From contig CAWBNQ010000003.1 in NCBI GenBank assembly GCA_963790205.1, forward strand, positions 896,001 through 960,000: 64,000 nt of DNA. The letters run 5' to 3'. Below the pieces are notes generated by a model that saw only the letters and a list, made by a program, of their open reading frames with translations, did not search any database and was not told the DNA's origin. Shown here in pieces: positions 59,456 to 64,000 of the stretch; position 1 is the first letter of the stretch, and every line of letters starts with the position of its first letter. The translations under genes and the position numbers were made by a program. The stretch comes from Nitrospirota bacterium (GTDB lineage Bacteria > Nitrospirota > UBA9217).

Positions 59456-59827
59456 TTAAAGCAATAACGTCAGAAATGACAAGCCCGTACCTGAAAGGGC
59501 AGTGTCAATGAAAGCTCCTGATACCGCTTTGGCTACCACGTTGAATGCCGTAGTCGTCGCCTGATGAATCACTTGATCGTTGGTGACTGTTTTGTCGGGA
59601 TGATAAAAACCTCCCCTCGCAAGGGCGCTCAGGATGTCCTGATGATGAATCTCTGCCGGGTTGTAATGGATCAGAAGGCTGCCCGTCGTCGTGTTGAATT
59701 CGGCGGTTCCGATACCATGACCCATATCAACGAGGGCCTTTCGAACCTCATAGTGGACCGGGCTGTTTTTGAACAAGGGATTTTTTATCCGCAGTCTTCC
59801 CGGCACATTATGAACATAGCTTTTCAT
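59456..59827 (-). CDS. HMA2-domain (FezC-like) protein with a hydrophobic C-terminus
   Basis: YVHNVPGRLRIK, NTTTGSLLIHY; AGGAGG RBS. Confidence 0.82.
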   Translation of the reverse strand: MKSYVHNVPGRLRIKNPLFKNSPVHYEVRKALVDMGHGIGTAEFNTTTGSLLIHYNPAEIHHQDILSALARGGFYHPDKTVTNDQVIHQATTTAFNVVAKAVSGAFIDTALSGTGLSFLTLLL

Positions 59828-60116
59828 GAGATGAAACCTCCTTCTTGAACGGGATTTTTACATACGATTTACAGTCAGGATATTCCGAGCACCTGAATCG
59901 TAACCCTATTTTTTCATGCATGTAAAGGTGCATCTTGAGGCCGCAGATGGGACAGGTTGGACGATTCCTCAATTCATGCCTCGTAAAGCCGAGAACAAAC
60001 TGTCTTCCGCACAAAACGCATCTGAGGCGCTGCTTTCCAGTTTTCACATGACCGTATTTATAAACTGCTTCAGAAGCGCACACCGGACACTTGAGATTGC
60101 GTATTTTCTCCGTCAT
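59808..60116 (-). CDS. Double zinc-ribbon protein, paralogue of 50618..50893
   Basis: CPVCAS..YKYG..TGKQRLRCVLCGRQF, then CPICG.KM...FRCSEYPDC. Confidence 0.8.
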   Translation of the reverse strand: MTEKIRNLKCPVCASEAVYKYGHVKTGKQRLRCVLCGRQFVLGFTRHELRNRPTCPICGLKMHLYMHEKIGLRFRCSEYPDCKSYVKIPFKKEVSSHEKLCS

Positions 60117-60143
60117 TATCAAGTTCCTCAATTCTTTCTCAGA

Positions 60144-60197
60144 ATGATAGAGGAGCCACATGACATATATGTTACGGAAATATTACATTTCGGTTAA
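60144..60197 (-). promoter_or_regulatory. Pho-box-like array plus -10 box (zinc ribbon-HMA2 unit)
   Basis: ATGAC 60160, GTTAC 60171, ATTAC 60182, GTTAA 60193; -10 TATCAT at 60149-60144. Confidence 0.75.
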
Positions 60198-60322
60198 ATG
60201 TTTTCAGGTTTCTGAGCAGGTCTTTATGAAGTCAATATCAATGGGTATCCTATTTTTCAAGAGCATTGGGTCGATGATGCGGGTGCGAAGACATTGAAAA
60301 GAATGAGAAACCGTGAATTGTA

Positions 60323-61585
60323 TCACATTTTTGACCTGCTCTGGATCAAGTAGGCATAATAGGTAGCGGCGTACGTCGGGGTGCGTTCGAGCGTTTCGAA
60401 GTCCACACGGTAGAGCCCGAACCGGGCGTCCAGCCCCTGGAGCCATTCGTAGTTGTCGATCAAGGTCCAGTAGAAATATCCCCTCACATCGAGCCCGTCA
60501 CGGATGCATTTCTCGACGATATCCACGTGCTTCTTCATGTATTTCACTTTTTCCTCGGTATCATGCGTGGCAATCCCGTTCTCGGTTATCATGAGGGGGA
60601 GGTTGAGCCGTGACGCGTACCGGACGACCTTTTCCAGTCCGCGCGGATGGATCTCCCATCCCATTTTGGTCAGACCGTGACCGTCCACGTCCGCGTACCG
60701 GATCTCGACGCCCATTTTCTTGAACGGATTGAACCGGAGGTGGATGCGCGTATAGTAATTGATGCCGAAAAAGTCGAGTTTGTTCTTGATGGGCACCTCG
60801 ATCTCCACGGGCTTCGAGAAGGGGAACTTGACGATGAAGACCCCGGTCTGGAAAGCATTAATGATCGAATGATTATAAAAGTAGTTTGCCGTCTTTTTCA
60901 GGAGGCGGTCCAGGGGGTTCCATCTTTTCCACGGCGCAAAAGCGGACATGTTATGCGCGAGGCTCACCTGGGCGTCGGGAACATAGCGATGGATGATGTC
61001 GTATGCTTTCCCGTGGCAGGTGAAGATGTTTTTGAGGGCCATGAGCGAGCGGGGGACGTCCCTGAGGCCGGGAGGCGTGCAGCCTTCCAGATATCCGCCG
61101 AGCAGGATGACGTAGGGCTCGTTGAACGTGAGCCAGTAGCGTACCCCTTTGAGGGAGAAGACCAGCATCTCCGCAAAGCGGAGAAATTTTTCGATCGACG
61201 CTGTCCGGTGCCAGGGAGAACGCTCCATGAACCAGCGGGGATGGGTGAAGTGGTGGAGGGTGAGCATCGGCTCTATATGGTAGCTCCGCAGGATGTCGAT
61301 GATCTCCTGGTAATGCGCAATGGCCTCGTGGTCCCAGGTGTCTTCCTGCGGCTGGATCCTGCTCCACTCGATGGAAAAACGGTAGGAGTTGACCCCCAGC
61401 TCCTTCAGGAGCTTGAGGTCCTCGCGGAACAGGCGGTAGTGGTCCGTTATCTCCGGCTTATTGCCTATCAACGGGTCCCAGGTCGCCCAGTCCGCATGAA
61501 GAGAGCCTTCGAGTTGAAAGGCAGATGTTGCTACGCCCCACTGAAAATCTTCGGGAAAGACCTTTTTCTTATTCCGCTCCTTCAT
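60323..61585 (-). CDS. Glycoside hydrolase family 1 (beta-glucosidase-like)
   Basis: WGVATSAFQLEG, YRFSIEWSRI, TFNEP, ITENG, WTLIDNYEW, RFGL. Confidence 0.93.
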   Translation of the reverse strand: MKERNKKKVFPEDFQWGVATSAFQLEGSLHADWATWDPLIGNKPEITDHYRLFREDLKLLKELGVNSYRFSIEWSRIQPQEDTWDHEAIAHYQEIIDILRSYHIEPMLTLHHFTHPRWFMERSPWHRTASIEKFLRFAEMLVFSLKGVRYWLTFNEPYVILLGGYLEGCTPPGLRDVPRSLMALKNIFTCHGKAYDIIHRYVPDAQVSLAHNMSAFAPWKRWNPLDRLLKKTANYFYNHSIINAFQTGVFIVKFPFSKPVEIEVPIKNKLDFFGINYYTRIHLRFNPFKKMGVEIRYADVDGHGLTKMGWEIHPRGLEKVVRYASRLNLPLMITENGIATHDTEEKVKYMKKHVDIVEKCIRDGLDVRGYFYWTLIDNYEWLQGLDARFGLYRVDFETLERTPTYAATYYAYLIQSRSKM

Positions 61586-61608
61586 GAAGTCTCTCTGTTC
61601 TCCCGTTC

Positions 61609-61713
61609 CTATTTCCAGTGTATTACCATGAAAAGAAGCCCCGCCATCAAAACCACGAGCAGGAGTATCTCTTCGCTTTTTTTTAAGTTGTTCTTATTCA
61701 TGCTGTTATCCAT
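61609..61713 (-). CDS. Putative 34-aa single-pass membrane protein
   Basis: MDNSMNKNNLKKSEEILLLVVLMAGLLFMVIHWK; GAGG RBS; overlaps the psiE stop and fills the gap to the GH1 gene. Confidence 0.5.
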   Translation of the reverse strand: MDNSMNKNNLKKSEEILLLVVLMAGLLFMVIHWK

Positions 61714-62131
61714 GTTTTGCCTCTTCCGTCTCTAAGAATTTTTCCGGTGAAAATACGACCGCGAGCGTCCTGAGCACTCCGATCACGAGAATCAGCGTTG
61801 CAAGCGCGATGATCATTTTCGCCTCCAGGCTGTGCTGGTAGAGCCCGATCATGATCTCGCGGAGTACAAAGACCAAGGCGGCATCGGTAATGAACGTTAT
61901 TTTAAGCCGGTGCACGGTAAAGTACTCTATGACGCTCCGAAGCAGTTCTATGACGATGAACATCGAAAGGATGTTGGTCACCATCATGTCGAAGGCCGCC
62001 GCGATGGTCTGGCTCCCGAAAACAGCGCGCAGGTCAAGCAGGACCCGCGCGATCCCCATCATCAGGGCGATGATCACGATCGGGATCATGAACTTGATCA
62101 TGCTGTCGACGATCCGGGTAAAGTATTTCAT
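61706..62131 (-). CDS. psiE: Phosphate-starvation-inducible PsiE-family membrane protein
   Basis: 4 TMs; FIVIELLRSVIEYF, ITDAALVFVLREIM. Confidence 0.85.
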   Translation of the reverse strand: MKYFTRIVDSMIKFMIPIVIIALMMGIARVLLDLRAVFGSQTIAAAFDMMVTNILSMFIVIELLRSVIEYFTVHRLKITFITDAALVFVLREIMIGLYQHSLEAKMIIALATLILVIGVLRTLAVVFSPEKFLETEEAKHG

Positions 62132-62198
62132 GTCCTTTTGCCCTTCGTAATCGTGAAAAGACGTTGCGCAATTCCTTCGCTTACCCTGTGTGAGTCAT

Positions 62199-62252
62199 AT
62201 ACTGTCACGGTTTTATTACGCGCATGTTACAATTGAGTTAAAATTTCATGAC
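62199..62252 (-). promoter_or_regulatory. Pho-box-like array (psiE operon)
   Basis: GTCAC 62204, ATTAC 62215, GTTAC 62226, GTTAA 62237, ATGAC 62248 at an 11-bp period; -10 box degenerate. Confidence 0.75.
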
Positions 62253-62347
62253 ATGCGGCCTTTTCATTTGCATTGCGACATCTTTATGTTATTGTATGCG
62301 CATACAGTGACCTGCACTTTAAGACTGCATATTGCGGGAGACAAACA

Positions 62348-63061
62348 ATGAAGATGGCGATATTCGGGGATATTCATGGAAACATTGAGGCCCTCAAGGC
62401 TGCGTACAGTGAGGCGCTTCGCGTCAAGGCGGATAAGATTTATCACTTGGGGGACGTGGGCGGGTATGCCCCGTTCGTGAACGAGGTCGTTGATTTTCTT
62501 GTTGAGCACGGCATCGAGGGCGTTCAGGGAAATTACGACGAAGCAGTGGCGAAGGACCGCGAACACTGCGGGTGCAAATATGAAGACCCGGTGCAGGCAG
62601 AGATGGCGCAGCTGTCCTTCGAGTGGACAAAAAAGAACGCATCGGTGAAAAGTAAAGAATACATGAAAAAACTGCCTTCTGAGATTTCACTCACCTGCAG
62701 CGGGAAAAAAGTTAAGCTCTTTCACGCAACGCCGAATAAGAACAATCTCTACTGGTATGAGGAACGGCCGGAGAAGTTTTTCAAAGAGATGACGGAAAAA
62801 ACCGACGCCGATGTTTTGATCTACGGGCACACTCATAAGCCTTATCGAAAGGACATCGACGGGAAGGTATTCATCAATGCCGGCAGCGTGGGCAAGCCGA
62901 AAGACGGCGATCCGAGGGCGTGCCTCGCCGTTGTGGAAGTAACATTCGGGTCAGTAACCACGGACTTTATCCGCGTGCAGTACGACGTGGAAAGAACAGC
63001 CGCCGCGATCATCGAAAGCGGTCTGCCGCCTTATTTTGCGGAGCAGTTGAAAAAGGCCTGA
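62348..63061 (+). CDS. Metallophosphoesterase (YfcE/calcineurin-like)
   Basis: GDIHGN, LGDVG, GNYD, GHTHKP, NAGSVGKPKDGDPRA; GGGAG RBS before ATG 62348. Confidence 0.9.
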   Translation: MKMAIFGDIHGNIEALKAAYSEALRVKADKIYHLGDVGGYAPFVNEVVDFLVEHGIEGVQGNYDEAVAKDREHCGCKYEDPVQAEMAQLSFEWTKKNASVKSKEYMKKLPSEISLTCSGKKVKLFHATPNKNNLYWYEERPEKFFKEMTEKTDADVLIYGHTHKPYRKDIDGKVFINAGSVGKPKDGDPRACLAVVEVTFGSVTTDFIRVQYDVERTAAAIIESGLPPYFAEQLKKA

Positions 63062-63174
63062 AAAAGGCCTGACCAAAAAGAGACGTTCAGTGTCAAATTG
63101 TCCGTGTCATCGCCCTGGAGATCAATAGAATGCGGAGTGCGGAGTTGAATTCAGAAGAAAGAATTAAGAACTCA

Positions 63175-63246
63175 GACCTGGAGGCTGCGCTGGAGCAGTT
63201 CAGGGAGTTTGTTACTGATGTAGGCAGCGGGAAAAATAACGGATAG
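63175..63246 (+). pseudogene. Short remnant resembling a type I restriction-modification HsdM C-terminus
   Basis: Translates as DLEAALEQFREFVTDVGSGKNNG*. Confidence 0.4.
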
Positions 63247-63448
63247 GGAGAGTAAATGTTGTGTCTCGATTAAAAATGGCACAGCGTGATGACGGATGCG
63301 AAGGGCGGGAAGATAAAAGCGATTGCGACCATGAAAGGGCGAAGGACAGGACCATGCAAATAAACCGGAGTTCCTTCTTAAGCATCTTAGGGCCGGGGTT
63401 CAGGCCCCTTCTCGCTTGACGACCTTTTTCATAGGTGACCCATAAGGT

Positions 63449-63479
63449 AAAAAAAGGGCCCCGGCTGGGGGCCCTTTTT
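63449..63479. terminator. Bidirectional intrinsic terminator
   Basis: AAAAAGGGCCCC-ggctg-GGGGCCCTTTTT. Confidence 0.85.
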
Positions 63480-63495
63480 GTGATTGACGGCTCGG

Positions 63496-63999
63496 CTACG
63501 GCGTAAGGGTAAAGTTTTGCGTCACATCTCCCGCTGAAAGGTCCACATTGACGGATTGGGTCTGGTAACCGCTTGCCGAAGCCTCGGCCGCGTACAGACC
63601 GGCAACGTCGGGCTGCGGCGTCAGAGGGATCGGGAGCGTGCCCGTGCCGTAACTGCCGAGCAGCGGTGCGCCGATGGGGAGCGCGAGCGAGTAGGCGCCG
63701 GTCAGCAGGTCAGCCCCCATGGACTTCACGGTGATCGTCGGGCCCGCGGTAAAGGTCTGCTTCGTTGCGAGGTAAGCGACCGTGCTCGTGCTGGCTGTAT
63801 TCGTATTCAGGGTGATGATACCGCTGAGGGTTTGCATGGTCGAGGTCGGCAGACTGATCGGCAAGACGCTGGTGCTCGTGATCGTCGCGCCGGTTGTCCC
63901 GGTGGCGCTCGAGACCGGCACGCCGCTGATCACGGCCGTGACATGATTGTCAGCAGTGATGACAACGTCGTAGGCCCCCGCAGTGAGGTTGGAGAGGAA
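63496..63999 (-). CDS. C-terminal part of an exported beta-rich protein (DUF4382-like; runs off window end)
   Basis: Open frame to the window edge; AYDVVITADNHVTAVISGVPV..GYQTQSVNVDLSAGDVTQNFTL. Confidence 0.6.
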   Translation of the reverse strand, partial: FLSNLTAGAYDVVITADNHVTAVISGVPVSSATGTTGATITSTSVLPISLPTSTMQTLSGIITLNTNTASTSTVAYLATKQTFTAGPTITVKSMGADLLTGAYSLALPIGAPLLGSYGTGTLPIPLTPQPDVAGLYAAEASASGYQTQSVNVDLSAGDVTQNFTLTP

Positions 64000-64000
64000 A

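Noticed and set aside
50618..60116. Composite IS1 transposon bounded by the two InsA-like genes
   Set aside because: No InsB/DDE gene, inverted repeats or target duplication seen, and the two copies are diverged.
2811..61735. Long antisense and alternate-frame ORFs (for example 2811..3839, 17647..18699, 31658..32836, 60647..61735)
   Set aside because: They shadow well-supported genes in GC-rich DNA and have no motifs of their own.

Overview
Chromosomal segment of a GC-rich Gram-negative bacterium (gene style suggests Nitrospirota or Desulfobacterota; this is inference). The left third is core and envelope genes: PilF-like TPR, rodZ, Mut7-C, copA, a CusA-type RND system with a truncated adaptor, gcvT, mtnA and an arn (L-Ara4N) operon. 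The arn operon carries 8 single-base insertions that look like two-strain assembly artefacts. From about 21 to 62 kb the window appears to be a phosphate-starvation island. It holds pstSCAB-phoU, an unusual kinase/receiver cluster, a phosphorus-free lipid operon (PHP, GT21, OlsF-like, flippase), a porin, a purple acid phosphatase, Cdh, and psiE with a GH1 hydrolase. Eight promoters share an 11-bp-periodic GTAAC/GTAAT/TTAAT array at a nearly fixed distance from a -10 box. Two candidate undescribed systems stand out. (1) A ferrosome-like operon at 51.5-59.2 kb: FezA/FezC-like small proteins, a 22-mer amphipathic repeat protein, a P2A-type ATPase with an HMA2-like N-terminus, a MetK paralogue that has lost its methionine-binding residues, and a CDF with a non-canonical metal site. 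(2) A radical SAM/SPASM cassette at 37.1-41.8 kb with a membrane-anchored GYNPNSSS peptide, a STEAP-like membrane protein and HupE/UreJ. No rRNA, tRNA, CRISPR array or intact mobile element was seen. All family assignments are by eye from motifs; no database search was run.
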